DNA from: a virus
Virus genome (UHGV): UHGV-0335272
Length of the DNA stretch: 51,506 nt
Reading direction: 5' to 3' (one strand)
Shown: positions 9,580-19,940 of the stretch, one piece after another
How the letters are laid out: each line of letters starts with the position of its first letter
How positions within the stretch are numbered: the stretch's first letter is position 1
The notes under the pieces: generated by a model
The model's database searches: none
What the model was told of the DNA's origin: nothing
Seen by the model: the letters and a program-made list of their open reading frames with translations, nothing else
Program-made: the position numbers and the translations under genes

Positions 9580-11006
9580 CAGCTATTCCCCTTCAGGGTT
9601 AAGAGGTATTCCGAAGTGATCTCGGTCTCATACGTCAGTCGCTCCAGCGGAGGCGGTGGCGTGTATTTGTAGCTCAGTAACAGGTGACCGGCGGCAAGTT
9701 CCGTCTCTTCGTTACGGGCAGGATCGAACCAGCATTTAAAGCCCAGCAGAGCGCCATCGCCAATCATCTTGCGCCCGTAGGCGTTTACCGACTCCGTCAG
9801 CGCATCAATCAGCGCCTGGGTGATGGGCATATCAATGTACTGCTGGCTGAAGTAGCGCAGGGACTCGTTGATCACATCGCCGGTGCGGCGAATGTTCTCA
9901 AAGTTGCGCATATGCGTAACCGTTGGCCATGCTGCTGTCCGGTTGCCCCACAGACGCAGGCCGCTGCCGTAGCTGCTGAAGACCGTGGTGATACCCTGTT
10001 CGTTGAGCAGGTTCACCTCGCTCTGCGGGTCGTCAATCATTGCTGAGAGCTGGCGCTCCACGCCGGTGATACCCAGAATCTCCTGATTGGAGGACGACCA
10101 CCAGTAGCCCTTGTCCAGGTCGACTTTGGCACGCAGACCCGCAGCTCGCTGACTCAGCGGCTCCAGTCGTTCGCTGTTGGTGGCCGCGTCGTACACCCTG
10201 ACGTGTGGGTAGCACAGACGGACGCGGTCGGAGCTGGTATTGAAGTTAATGGTGCCTTCCGGGCCACGCCCTGCCAGAGCCTGAGCAAAAGTGGTACCCA
10301 CCGGCGCGTCGATGTAGGTCACCGCGCCCAGCTTTTCAGCCATGGCGATAAGCTCAACCGAGACGCTGTTCTGGGTACAGAACACAGGGGCAATCAGGAT
10401 TTTTGCGAAGTAGCCAAACAGGTTGAAGCTGTCGTTAAGCAGCTTCATGCCGGTTCGGTTGCCTGCGGCATTAACGGCACCGATGATATCAGCCGGGGTG
10501 ACTTTGGTCGGATCAGCATAGTTATAGCTGGCCTTCACCGTTGCATCTGCGGCAATGCTCTTACCAAGGTTGGTAATCACCCCGGTCTGCGCATCAAGCG
10601 AGTAGTCCTGACCTTCCACATAAGGTTGACCATCGCTGTCTGGCTTCAGTACCAGCTGCGCGACCACAGGGTTAGCCAGCTTCGCTTTGCCCGTCGCCTT
10701 GTCGAACGTTACGTCTTCATCGGCCACAGCGGTTTTATGCGCAGACGGATCAAGCACGTTAATGACCAGAACGGTGCCTGCGCCATGGTCGTAGATCGCA
10801 TCCAGTGCCTGTGGAATTGTAAAGCCGGTGAGCTGGCTGCCAAACGCCGCTGCATCTTTCTCAGACAGACACTGCACCAGCGTATTGACGTCTCCCATTG
10901 GGGCGGTACCAATCAGGCCAATGACGGCGGATTTCACCGTTTTAACCGGGCGGGCACCGTTTTCCACCTCAATGGTTTCGACGCCATGCAGATAGTTAGC
11001 TGACAT
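9579..11006 (-). CDS. Tail sheath protein
   Basis: 475-aa ORF, contractile sheath family by sequence character and synteny. Confidence 0.85.
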   Translation of the reverse strand: MSANYLHGVETIEVENGARPVKTVKSAVIGLIGTAPMGDVNTLVQCLSEKDAAAFGSQLTGFTIPQALDAIYDHGAGTVLVINVLDPSAHKTAVADEDVTFDKATGKAKLANPVVAQLVLKPDSDGQPYVEGQDYSLDAQTGVITNLGKSIAADATVKASYNYADPTKVTPADIIGAVNAAGNRTGMKLLNDSFNLFGYFAKILIAPVFCTQNSVSVELIAMAEKLGAVTYIDAPVGTTFAQALAGRGPEGTINFNTSSDRVRLCYPHVRVYDAATNSERLEPLSQRAAGLRAKVDLDKGYWWSSSNQEILGITGVERQLSAMIDDPQSEVNLLNEQGITTVFSSYGSGLRLWGNRTAAWPTVTHMRNFENIRRTGDVINESLRYFSQQYIDMPITQALIDALTESVNAYGRKMIGDGALLGFKCWFDPARNEETELAAGHLLLSYKYTPPPPLERLTYETEITSEYLLTLKGNS

Positions 11007-11250
11007 GGGAGTCCTCCGTTTTCACATCGCTGTCGCCGCCGCTCCTGCGCTTTTGTGGCTGCACAGCCGGTGTGCTGGCGGGTTTATTCACTTCAGATAC
11101 CGGCGTCAGATGCTTCAGCGCCACCAGTACCTTCACATAGTCATGCTCCTCCGGCAGGGAAACATTCTTCCCCGGCCAGAGCAGGATTTCGGTTCCGTCC
11201 GACAGCGTGACGCCGCTGGCCGGGCCGGAATAGCGGTATTCTTTCATCAC
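10996..11250 (-). CDS. Hypothetical phage protein (Mu gp38-like position)
   Basis: 84-aa ORF between gp37-like and sheath genes. Confidence 0.5.
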   Translation of the reverse strand: MMKEYRYSGPASGVTLSDGTEILLWPGKNVSLPEEHDYVKVLVALKHLTPVSEVNKPASTPAVQPQKRRSGGDSDVKTEDSHVS

Positions 11251-11711
11251 TCGCTTTCCTCATAGTTCACTTCGGTTAACAGCGGGCCTGACGGTAAATC
11301 GCTGTCTTCGATAAAGACGCTTTCGGTTGCGAAGTCGAGAGCGTACTGCCACAGCCCCTTGACCTCACCGATAAACACTTCACGGGTCAGCCAGATACGA
11401 CGGCGGCAGTTCGGCGGGGTGTAGCCACCGAGGATGCGGCGGACTGCATCCAGAACGTCAATCGCACCTCTTTTACCGTTGAGCTGCCGGAAGACCACCG
11501 TGACGCAGAGCTGGATAGTCTGAGGCTGGATCACCGCACCAATATCATCGGGTTTGTCGAAGCGCGAACCGGCATAGCTCAGCAGCAACGCCCCGACAGG
11601 ATGATTCAGACGGTATTCGGACGGCTTTTCCGGGAAGTACTCCACCTGCAGCAGGGGCAGCTTCTCGCGCAACCGGGCCAGCACAGCATCGAGGACGGGC
11701 AGAACGTTCAT
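11247..11711 (-). CDS. Mu gp37-like virion protein
   Basis: 154-aa ORF, conserved position. Confidence 0.6.
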   Translation of the reverse strand: MNVLPVLDAVLARLREKLPLLQVEYFPEKPSEYRLNHPVGALLLSYAGSRFDKPDDIGAVIQPQTIQLCVTVVFRQLNGKRGAIDVLDAVRRILGGYTPPNCRRRIWLTREVFIGEVKGLWQYALDFATESVFIEDSDLPSGPLLTEVNYEESE

Positions 11712-12157
11712 CAGTATTTCTCCAGTAAGCCGTCGCGCCCGCCAAAGGTGGGCCGGCGTGCCCGCGCCCGGATTTCACCGGACTCAGGTACGTCTTTTTG
11801 AGTGGACTGCAGCCCCAGCGTCAGCTTCCCGTCGCGGATAGCCTCAAGCTGACGCCGGGCCTCTTTGTTATCGTCTTTGACGGTGTCAGGCAGATCACCT
11901 TCAGGACGACGGACATACAAGCGGTAACGCACCAGCGTGATGGCAATATCCCGCAGAACGGTAGGCACTTCTGCCAGCGGCAGGGTATAGCGACCACGAA
12001 GGTGCGCATCAATCAACTCCCCGGCGTAGCGAATACAGCTGTCCACAACCGTCACATTCACCGTGGCAGGGGTGTCGAAATCCACGACCTCGTTAGTGAG
12101 CTGAATCAGCGTTGACTCAGGCACTTGTTCCTGTAAATCCGCCAGGGTGCAGTACAT
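11711..12157 (-). CDS. Mu gp36-like head-tail joining protein
   Basis: ORF track gives 209 aa; trimmed to internal Met62 (MYCTLADLQEQ...) because the upstream gene ends at 12159. Confidence 0.55.
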   Translation of the reverse strand: MYCTLADLQEQVPESTLIQLTNEVVDFDTPATVNVTVVDSCIRYAGELIDAHLRGRYTLPLAEVPTVLRDIAITLVRYRLYVRRPEGDLPDTVKDDNKEARRQLEAIRDGKLTLGLQSTQKDVPESGEIRARARRPTFGGRDGLLEKY

Positions 12158-12158
12158 G

Positions 12159-12515
12159 TCACACCCCGCGAAGGATGCGGATAACATCACCTTCGGCCAG
12201 TGCTTCATCCAGCGCAATCCCGGCAGAAATGCCTGCCGGGGTCTCACCGGCTGCGGGGACCTGAGGAACGGCGCAGGCGTTTGCATCCGACTGAACGATC
12301 TGCCCTCTGGATACTGCCGCACCGGCCTCGACGGCAACAATACCCAGTACGTTGACCGGCGTTACATCACCGGCAGCGGCATCTACCTCTGCCACACCGA
12401 GCGCGACGGCTCCGGCCTGACAGGGCGCGTTGTCGGCACCGACAAAGCGCTGTTGCGTCAGCGCCGCGCTGGCCGTCACGGTAGTGGTCAGAATGACCTG
12501 TTGAGTTGTACCCAT
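12159..12515 (-). CDS. Small A/G/V-rich head-region protein (possible decoration protein)
   Basis: 118-aa ORF filling the gap between major head and gp36-like genes, start 11 nt after major head stop. Confidence 0.45.
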   Translation of the reverse strand: MGTTQQVILTTTVTASAALTQQRFVGADNAPCQAGAVALGVAEVDAAAGDVTPVNVLGIVAVEAGAAVSRGQIVQSDANACAVPQVPAAGETPAGISAGIALDEALAEGDVIRILRGV

Positions 12516-12525
12516 GACCGTCTCC

Positions 12526-13479
12526 TTATTTCACGATGTTGGTGACGAGATACCCGGCATCGCCACCGACCACGGCGACTTTGTAGATATCGGTATAACG
12601 GCAGTACTTCACCTTGCCGCCGACGCCGTCATATTTATCCGCCACCGGCATCCCTTTACGGCGCAGGGTGTAACCGAAGGACGGCTCGTTTTCGTCGGCG
12701 CTGTCGGTGCCCGGCTGGGGTTTGCCGACGTAATGCAGCATCAGATTGTCGCCCCAGATATCGGTCGGGACTTTGTCCTTGTTCTGCGCGTCTTTCATGG
12801 AGGCCATGGAGACCGGCTCGCCGATCACCACATCTTCCAGCTGGAAAAGGTCTTTCAGAATTTCGATGGTGATACGCTTGCGCTCGTTAGCACCAATCGC
12901 TGCCTGAATCGCCGGGTGGAACTTCAGTAGCGACATGACGCTGGCCCCCATGGTCATCAGGTTCGGACGCAGACCGGTAGCGTTACGTACCGCTTCAATC
13001 CCGCCCTCGATGATGCCAATCGGGTCACCCTTACCACCGCCCCAGCGGTCAGCCGCAGCCAGTGCTTTGACGTTAGCTGCACGGTAGACGTTTTTGTCCT
13101 GGGCCAGACGGGCCGCATATAGCTCGCGCTTGAGGTTGACGCCGCTCGTCACACGGCGAATGGCTTTGGCTTCTTCGTTGAACATCGACTCCGCCTGCTC
13201 GCGATAGTCAACCGGCGCGGCCAGATCGTGTTCGTTGAGAACCAGGTCCAGCTTGCCGGTTTTCTCGCGTACCAGAACGTTGCTGTCAGCCCCTACGGCA
13301 CGCTCGGTGTCGTACTCCACAAAGGCGGATTTACCGAAAGTCGGCACGGTCACACCTTCCTTATCGGTAAGGACAATGGGAAAAATGCGCTCGCCGATGA
13401 ACGCGGCATTTTTATAACCGCGAGCGATGCTGGTCAGCACCGGGTCAACGACGCGCTTACCCTTTAAATAGTCAGACAT
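12526..13479 (-). CDS. Major head subunit (Mu T-like)
   Basis: 317-aa ORF downstream of protease/scaffold gene. Confidence 0.85.
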   Translation of the reverse strand: MSDYLKGKRVVDPVLTSIARGYKNAAFIGERIFPIVLTDKEGVTVPTFGKSAFVEYDTERAVGADSNVLVREKTGKLDLVLNEHDLAAPVDYREQAESMFNEEAKAIRRVTSGVNLKRELYAARLAQDKNVYRAANVKALAAADRWGGGKGDPIGIIEGGIEAVRNATGLRPNLMTMGASVMSLLKFHPAIQAAIGANERKRITIEILKDLFQLEDVVIGEPVSMASMKDAQNKDKVPTDIWGDNLMLHYVGKPQPGTDSADENEPSFGYTLRRKGMPVADKYDGVGGKVKYCRYTDIYKVAVVGGDAGYLVTNIVK

Positions 13480-13492
13480 GTTCTCTCCTTAA

Positions 13493-14638
13493 TTACAGGC
13501 AGCGGGAGACAGCAGCGTCGTAGCTGATGCCTTCTTTTTTCGACAGTTCCAGCGCTTTCTGATGCAGCGCCAGACGTTCCGGGTCGGCTTCAGCAAACTC
13601 CGCTGACGTCGTTTTGATATCCGTGCTCACGCGGTCTTTGGTCGCATGCTCACTGAAATTCAGTACCGGTGCAGTGCCATCCAGCAGTGTCTTAAACGCC
13701 GTGGCCAGCGGGGTGCGGGTATCGCCCTCGGCGAACTCGACAGGCTTATCGCCACCGGCTACCGCATCAAGAATGGCAACAACAACCGGTTTTGCTGCCG
13801 GGGTCAGGCGACCCGCGCCGACCAGCTTCTCGGCAAAGGAGACGTTGTCCGCGTGCAGCTTGTCCTGCCTGTTCTTCGCTTCCTGTTCCGCCCGCTGGGT
13901 GGCTTCTGCTTTCAGACGCGTGTTTTCCGCCTGAAGCGCTTTGATTTCTTCTTCAGTCATGGTGCTGTTCTCTTGTTGAGGGTTGGGATTGTGTTCACTG
14001 AAGTCCGGTTCAGACTTCCCGGTGTCGCGGTAAGCCTCTTCGCGCAGGGAGTCCACCTGCCATGAAGGAAGCACCTTGTCGGTCTCGTCCAGCCCGAACT
14101 GGGCGATCAGAAAATCACGCAGACGGCCCCATAAAGAGGCGTTGGTGATATCACTCCAGTCGGCAAACTCCACGACGCCTTCTTCTTTCTCACCAAACGA
14201 GACCTGCTTCAGCCCCTTAATGGACGGTGGCTGCGCGCCCAGAAAACCGACATGACGCAGGTAAAGCGTGCCGGGCTTCGGGTTGTTCGGTGAGTCAGGG
14301 AGATAGAATGAGGCGGAGACCTTCTTGAATCGTCCGTTGCCCACCAGTTCGGCAAACTGCGGGTCGAGCTGGTCAGGCTCTGCCAGCAGATCGCCGCCGT
14401 TAAGCGACAGGGATTTCACCCAGCCCCACGCCGGGTCTTCCGTTTTGGGGTGGCCAATAACGAGTGGTGCTTCATGGACGGACGGGTCATAGGCTTTCAC
14501 GCAGGCGGCAAGATCGCTTTGCGTGAACGGCAGTTTCGTGCCGTGCATATCGGTATGAGTACCGGCTTTAAAAATGTGAATGGCTGGCATTTTGCTGTCC
14601 CGCGTTACGTTGTCGGGGACAGTCTCTGGAAAAAGCAT
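13493..14638 (-). CDS. Head maturation protease/scaffold (Mu I-like)
   Basis: 381-aa ORF with acidic coiled-coil C-terminal half; true start may be the internal Met17. Confidence 0.75.
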   Translation of the reverse strand: MLFPETVPDNVTRDSKMPAIHIFKAGTHTDMHGTKLPFTQSDLAACVKAYDPSVHEAPLVIGHPKTEDPAWGWVKSLSLNGGDLLAEPDQLDPQFAELVGNGRFKKVSASFYLPDSPNNPKPGTLYLRHVGFLGAQPPSIKGLKQVSFGEKEEGVVEFADWSDITNASLWGRLRDFLIAQFGLDETDKVLPSWQVDSLREEAYRDTGKSEPDFSEHNPNPQQENSTMTEEEIKALQAENTRLKAEATQRAEQEAKNRQDKLHADNVSFAEKLVGAGRLTPAAKPVVVAILDAVAGGDKPVEFAEGDTRTPLATAFKTLLDGTAPVLNFSEHATKDRVSTDIKTTSAEFAEADPERLALHQKALELSKKEGISYDAAVSRCL

Positions 14639-14804
14639 CAGCAGCGCTTTTAATCTGCTTTAGAAAAAATCGGGGGTATCAGTAAGGGGAATGTCACGCT
14701 GCGGGCAAATAGTGGTGCAAAGCGGGGGCTGTAAAGCCTTTATAAAGATAATACAGCCCCTCAGCGGCTGGCAATGATAAATCACCCGCCTGCAGAGGCA
14801 AAAC

Positions 14805-15263
14805 TCAGCGACGGGCCGCTGCTTCAAGATGGCGGACAATCGTATCGAGGATGGGGACAACCACTTCAGGTTGCAGCTCACCGTCCCCTGTCAGCGGCAG
14901 GAACGGACGTGCCGGAAGTTCGACGGACTCATTACGCCCCGTTTTACCACCGAACTGGTGAATCGGCCCATAAACGACATTAGTGCCAACCGCTGCCTGC
15001 CGGTCGTCATGGTCGGTTGATACTGACCCCATCAGACGCCCGGTATCCTGCAGTGTTTGTCCGTCGCGCTCTTCCGCTGCCAGCGAGGGAGTCCACCCCG
15101 GACGCCCCTCATCGAGAAAGTTAAACTGCGTTTCCGCCAGCAGGGTTCCGGCGATTTTGCGCATCGCGGGTTCCAGGTCTGTGGCAGCCAGGTCCAGAGC
15201 ACGGAGACTCCGGCGCAGGGATTCATCGTTAATGGTGATATTGACCAGGTTATCGGAAGCCAT
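14805..15263 (-). CDS. Virion morphogenesis protein (Mu G-like)
   Basis: ORF trimmed to Met64 (MASDNLVNITINDESL...) with GAGAGG RBS; upstream gene ends at 15266. Confidence 0.65.
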   Translation of the reverse strand: MASDNLVNITINDESLRRSLRALDLAATDLEPAMRKIAGTLLAETQFNFLDEGRPGWTPSLAAEERDGQTLQDTGRLMGSVSTDHDDRQAAVGTNVVYGPIHQFGGKTGRNESVELPARPFLPLTGDGELQPEVVVPILDTIVRHLEAAARR

Positions 15264-15265
15264 CG

Positions 15266-16087
15266 TTATCCTCTCAGTTCCTGCTGTGCCAGCGGTTGAA
15301 GCGTACCCTGATAGCGGGCAAGGTCGGGACGGTATGCTGCCCCCGGCGCATAAGACCAGCCGACGTCGGTGGCCACCTTCGTGGTGCCGGTATTGAAGGT
15401 GGCGACGTTCTGCATCTCGCCTGTTTTCTCTGAGACCAGCTTCAGCTCCCATCCCATGGCTGTGCCAGAATCTGCCACCTTCAGGCCACGGGCACGCACA
15501 TCTGCCGCGCTCAGGGCAATGACGCCACAGCGGCAGCGCCAGCCGTTCGGCGGGTAGAATGCCTGCCAGAACGGGTCATCATAGCGCAGCACCAGACCAT
15601 GCAGCGCCAGATGGCTCTTGCGGGTATGGCTGTCGTTGATGCCGGTGTACATCCAGTACGGCCTGTCGTCGACGTTCTCCATCTGCTCCGCCCAGCGACC
15701 GGCGCTGTAGAGTACGGACATATTGGTACGAAAAATGGTGTCGAGCCTCCACGGGCTGCCCTGCTGGATGGTGACCGGCTCGCCCGTTACCGGGTCAGTG
15801 GTGTCACGTGGCCCCCACCATCCCTTGCGCTGCAGCTCCGGCTCCAGCTGCTGGCGGAACCAGCGGTCAGTCTTGCCCTCATCCAGTGCCTGCTGCAGGG
15901 CGCTCCTGATATCTTCCAGAATATCCAGCCGGGTCACTTTGGCGACGGTAAAGGCGCGGGCATGGGCATCCTGCCACATCTCCTCCCAGTCCCAGGTGAA
16001 GCTATACCCTTTGGACTTCAGGTAGCTGATGGCCCGTTTTGGGGGCAGCGTCATGCAGTACGCCAGTTCAGCCGTTGTCACGCTCAT
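15266..16087 (-). CDS. Head morphogenesis protein (Mu F-like)
   Basis: ORF downstream of portal; start set at Met10 (overlaps portal 3' end by 20 nt). Confidence 0.7.
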   Translation of the reverse strand: MSVTTAELAYCMTLPPKRAISYLKSKGYSFTWDWEEMWQDAHARAFTVAKVTRLDILEDIRSALQQALDEGKTDRWFRQQLEPELQRKGWWGPRDTTDPVTGEPVTIQQGSPWRLDTIFRTNMSVLYSAGRWAEQMENVDDRPYWMYTGINDSHTRKSHLALHGLVLRYDDPFWQAFYPPNGWRCRCGVIALSAADVRARGLKVADSGTAMGWELKLVSEKTGEMQNVATFNTGTTKVATDVGWSYAPGAAYRPDLARYQGTLQPLAQQELRG

Positions 16088-17564
16088 GCACACGCCCCCA
16101 GACAGTTGCAACAAACATAATCCGTGCCAGCCGTTCCTGCAGGTCTTCAGCGTTCATCTGCGGGTACAGTTCGGCCAGCTCACCCAGCAGCTCAGACGGG
16201 TTGACGCCATCTTCAACCCGCTTAAACAGAGGAGCCAGTACGGGTTCGAGCGTGCCATTTAACGCGCCTCCGTTCACCAGAATATCCAGCGCGTCGTCCA
16301 GGGCCTGCTGTGCCTTTATATCGCCATCAATCGCCTCGGCAAATGACAGCGGCTGCATATTCTTCTGGCGCTCAGACGGTGGGGTCTCGTCAATATCGCC
16401 GTCCTGCAGCTGGTACTCACGCTTGAAGTATTGCGGGGTGAAGACCACACCGGCGCGGCTGAGTTTCTCGTCGCGGGTTGCCTGAGTATCGTCGACCGTT
16501 CCCTGTTCCCACATCTTCCAGACGGGACTGGCCACATCGCCGAAGTTCATCGACACCGCCATTTTGATGGCCTGGTTCACCGCACTTTCCACGATTTCGG
16601 CATCAGCGTCGCGGATATCATCCGTGACTTCCAGCCCGGCCTGCGCGGAGGCGCGGGTACTGTTGGCCTCGGTGGTCTGGTTCTGCCCCAGCAGGGCGAT
16701 GGAAATTTCACTGCGGGAAAGCGTTATCAGGTTCTGGTAAATTTCGCTGCTGTCGGCCTTGCCTGCGGCCTCCTTGATTTCAATGGAGGAATCGTCAGGG
16801 ATAGCGGCCACCGCGTCTTCCACCATTGCCTCCATGGAATCCAGCAGCAGGTCAATCTCGCCCTGGGCAGTCCCGCGCGGATGCTTGCCGATAACCCACG
16901 GTGAGCCGTACTTCTCGGCAAAGCGTACCCAGAACTTCATGCCGCCTTTTTTGAATGTCACGGGCCAGAAGCACATCGACAGGTCCGGGAAGCCATACGG
17001 GTTATCGTAGGTCGCGTCCTGACGCGGTACCACGAACTTGTTCAGCGGTACCGGCTCGCCTTCCAGCCCGGCGTCCTTGGCGCGAAAGCGCAGCAGGTTG
17101 TCGTTGTCGTACTGGAACCATTCCGGCGGTTTACCCACGATATCAGCGATGGCCCAGGATTTAACAGAGCGCCCCCACATGATCTCACAGGGCTGATACC
17201 CGTAGAGAACGGCGTCGGTCATCTCGCCAATGATGCGGGAAATATCCAGATCGTCGAGCATATCCCGGATAAAGCTGAACACTCGCGCCGGGGCATGTCC
17301 ACGCTCAAGACCACGCTCCAGCGACTTGACCGCCGCCTTGCGCCTGCGTATGCAGCCACCGACCAGCGGGTCGGTACGCAGCTCGCGATAGACGCGGATA
17401 TCCCGGCCCTGAGATTTCAGAATGGGGTCAGGGTTGGGCAGGTACATCCCCAGCCCAAAGAAGTCGATGGAGCGGCTGCGAGAGGCGATCTGCTCCGTCA
17501 GCGTTTTATTCGGTTCGGCAAAAGAGACAAACTCATTGGGTGAAACCCAGAGTCCACGGGCCAT
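16068..17564 (-). CDS. Portal protein (Mu gp29-like)
   Basis: 498-aa ORF immediately downstream of large terminase. Confidence 0.8.
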   Translation of the reverse strand: MARGLWVSPNEFVSFAEPNKTLTEQIASRSRSIDFFGLGMYLPNPDPILKSQGRDIRVYRELRTDPLVGGCIRRRKAAVKSLERGLERGHAPARVFSFIRDMLDDLDISRIIGEMTDAVLYGYQPCEIMWGRSVKSWAIADIVGKPPEWFQYDNDNLLRFRAKDAGLEGEPVPLNKFVVPRQDATYDNPYGFPDLSMCFWPVTFKKGGMKFWVRFAEKYGSPWVIGKHPRGTAQGEIDLLLDSMEAMVEDAVAAIPDDSSIEIKEAAGKADSSEIYQNLITLSRSEISIALLGQNQTTEANSTRASAQAGLEVTDDIRDADAEIVESAVNQAIKMAVSMNFGDVASPVWKMWEQGTVDDTQATRDEKLSRAGVVFTPQYFKREYQLQDGDIDETPPSERQKNMQPLSFAEAIDGDIKAQQALDDALDILVNGGALNGTLEPVLAPLFKRVEDGVNPSELLGELAELYPQMNAEDLQERLARIMFVATVWGRVHERDNG

Positions 17565-19087
17565 CAGTAATCCTCCAGCATACGGGCTGCCTGACGGCGA
17601 CGGCGAGAGCTTGCCTTCACCGGCCCTTTGTTAATTTCACGGCTGGCAAAGTACGCCAGCGCCAGCGCGATAGCTGAATCCCCATGACGTTTGCCATTAT
17701 CCGTCTTCGCTTTTGAGCGCTGTTCCGGCACGCGGGGAACGCCGTTTACCACCTGAACGGCCCGCAGGTCATCCAGCGTGTCTTCATCCTTCGGCAAATC
17801 CACAAGGTTGCCATCTTCCAGCGCAGCCTTGACCGGCGGCATATGCTCGCGATACCAGCCCTCGGTGGGCATGACCTGCTTAACCCGGCTGGAGCCATAG
17901 CGCTGCATGGCGTATTCGGCGAGGTAGGAGCCGTTACCACGGGCATCGAGCGCAGCACCCATCAGGTTTGGCAGGCCGTCCATCAGATACCACGCAATTT
18001 GCTCCTGCTGTTTGAACGGCACGTTGCGCAGCTCCAGCACGAACGGTACGCGACGCACCAGGTTCTTCTCCTGCAGCAGGGGATAGTCCACCGACAGATC
18101 ACCGCTGCGACCAAAGTCGCGCCCCAGGAAAGAACGCGCGTCAGCAGGCAGCGCTTCCAGCAACGGTTTGAGGTGTTCGTACAACCAGTCCTGCGTCTCG
18201 CTCCAGCGGACATCGTCAGGCTTCAGCTCGTAGCCCTCCGGGCAGGTCAGGCGCAACACCGGTGTGTCAGCCGACATACGGGACTCAATCAGGGCGCGGG
18301 ACAGCCAGGCTCCGCCGCCGTTAGCCGGAACACAGTCAAGCTCCTCCGATGCACCGGCACCGTAGAATTTGTACACCGATGCCATCCACGCCTGCTCGGA
18401 CGCTTTCGACCATTCTTTCCCGGTACGCAGGCAGACGCGGTGGAACAGTCCCTCGGACACGGCCTCCTGGAAAGTAATGCGATGTACGCTGCCCCCCTGA
18501 CGCCCGGCCCGGATATCACCGATAAGCGTATTGAACGGGTTATCGTCACCGTCATGGGTGGAGATAACGCGCACTTTACCGCCCCAGATAAGCATCGCCA
18601 GCGCCGCCTTCAGCAGCTCGTCCAGTTGCTCATGGAACGCTGCTTCATCAATAACGATGATGCCCTGACGGCCACGCAGGTTCGACGGTCGACTGGAGAG
18701 CGCGACAACGCGGAAACCGGAGTCGGGAAACTTGATGGTGTAGGTCTTGATGTGCTTGTCGTCTTCGTCCTCCTCCCAGAAACCCTCTTCGATTTCGCTG
18801 GCGGCATAGTTGAATGCCCGCGCCCACATCGCACACGCCTGGATATATTCGACGGTCATGTCCTGGTTATAGGCGATGTAATACACGTTCATCCCGCCCG
18901 CAGGTGCTGAAGAGGCTGCGGTCAGAACATCATCGGACGCTTCAGCCCAGGTGATACCGGTACGGCGGCTCTTCTCAATCACCTTGAGCGGCGACGTATC
19001 AGCCACCCAGCGCTGCTGGTAAGGCATCAGAACGGCGGGGATATCCAGCGCCGAGGTATCAGGCAAAACGGGAGCAAGCTGGCTCAT
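17564..19087 (-). CDS. Terminase large subunit
   Basis: 507-aa ORF between small terminase and portal genes. Confidence 0.8.
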   Translation of the reverse strand: MSQLAPVLPDTSALDIPAVLMPYQQRWVADTSPLKVIEKSRRTGITWAEASDDVLTAASSAPAGGMNVYYIAYNQDMTVEYIQACAMWARAFNYAASEIEEGFWEEDEDDKHIKTYTIKFPDSGFRVVALSSRPSNLRGRQGIIVIDEAAFHEQLDELLKAALAMLIWGGKVRVISTHDGDDNPFNTLIGDIRAGRQGGSVHRITFQEAVSEGLFHRVCLRTGKEWSKASEQAWMASVYKFYGAGASEELDCVPANGGGAWLSRALIESRMSADTPVLRLTCPEGYELKPDDVRWSETQDWLYEHLKPLLEALPADARSFLGRDFGRSGDLSVDYPLLQEKNLVRRVPFVLELRNVPFKQQEQIAWYLMDGLPNLMGAALDARGNGSYLAEYAMQRYGSSRVKQVMPTEGWYREHMPPVKAALEDGNLVDLPKDEDTLDDLRAVQVVNGVPRVPEQRSKAKTDNGKRHGDSAIALALAYFASREINKGPVKASSRRRRQAARMLEDY

Positions 19088-19632
19088 GTGGCAATCCCCA
19101 GAATTTCACGGCGCAGCGCCTGTACCGCATCGGTTGACAGACCACCCTTACGGGCAATCTTCTCGGCGTTGCTGGCCGCCAGCTGCGCTCTGGCCCGGAC
19201 TTCGGACTGGAACTTCTTGAGGTTGACGGACGCGCGGGACAGCGTGGCCACGTTCTTCGCCACCTTCGACAGCAGCGCCACGCGCTCTTTTGGATCAACT
19301 TCGCCTTCTTCCGCTTCCTGCAGCTGGACGATGCTCTCGAACAGCTCAGTCTGAATCAGGGCGATCACCGCCTCCGAACGCGCATCCTGATCGTCGGCAG
19401 CGCCCTCGGTCAGCATGCGGGCCGCTTCGGTGGCCGCACGGATAGCACCATAACGGCGCTCAATCTTCTGGCCATAGCGATGGATCGCCGATTTGCTGAT
19501 GACGTACCCCCGATCGCGCAGCAGGGTCTCCAGCTCGGTATATCCACTGAAACCGGACTCGTTAAGCGCCCGCTCAAGCCAGCGACGCACGTCTTCCGGC
19601 AGCTTGTCTATCGTGCTGCGTCTGGCCATCAT
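19084..19632 (-). CDS. Terminase small subunit (Mu gp27-like)
   Basis: 182-aa ORF with 4-nt overlap onto large terminase. Confidence 0.6.
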   Translation of the reverse strand: MMARRSTIDKLPEDVRRWLERALNESGFSGYTELETLLRDRGYVISKSAIHRYGQKIERRYGAIRAATEAARMLTEGAADDQDARSEAVIALIQTELFESIVQLQEAEEGEVDPKERVALLSKVAKNVATLSRASVNLKKFQSEVRARAQLAASNAEKIARKGGLSTDAVQALRREILGIAT

Positions 19633-19940
19633 TCACTCCAGTATTTTTCCGGCCGGGCAATGCCGGGGCCGCACTCCACGGTATATTCCACGAGGTCGAC
19701 ACCGAGTCGGGTCAGGTCGGCAAACCAGTCTCCGGAGGGTTTTTTCTCCAGATCAACCATCTTGCGGTCAGCCAGATAATCCAGTTCACGGCGCAGCTCC
19801 AGCTGCGTGGTGTCCGGGTAGATGGCGCGGGACACGTCCAGCAGCAGCGTCTCGCTGGCGGTGTACGGGCGGGTTTTGTTCAGAGCAACCAGCAGACTCC
19901 AGCGCAGGGATTCCCGGCGCACGCGGGCGATATCAACCAT
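19629..19940 (-). CDS. Hypothetical protein (Mu gp26-like position)
   Basis: ORF trimmed to internal ATG preceded by GGAGGT RBS. Confidence 0.5.
   Translation of the reverse strand: MVDIARVRRESLRWSLLVALNKTRPYTASETLLLDVSRAIYPDTTQLELRRELDYLADRKMVDLEKKPSGDWFADLTRLGVDLVEYTVECGPGIARPEKYWSE

Noticed and set aside
10203-11003. Plus-strand 266-aa ORF
   Set aside because: Antisense to the tail sheath gene; high-GC antisense frames are commonly open.
11711-12340. Full 209-aa extent of the gp36-like ORF
   Set aside because: The N-terminal 61 codons overlap the upstream gene and are Pro/Arg-rich; internal Met62 gives a product that abuts the upstream stop, so the ORF was trimmed.
14805-15452. Full 215-aa extent of the G-like ORF
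   Set aside because: The N-terminal 63 codons overlap the F-like gene and are Arg/Gly-rich; internal ATG with a good RBS sits just after the F stop, so the ORF was trimmed.
17843-18910. Plus-strand 355-aa ORF
   Set aside because: Antisense to the large terminase gene; Arg/His/Leu-rich translation typical of antisense GC-rich frames.
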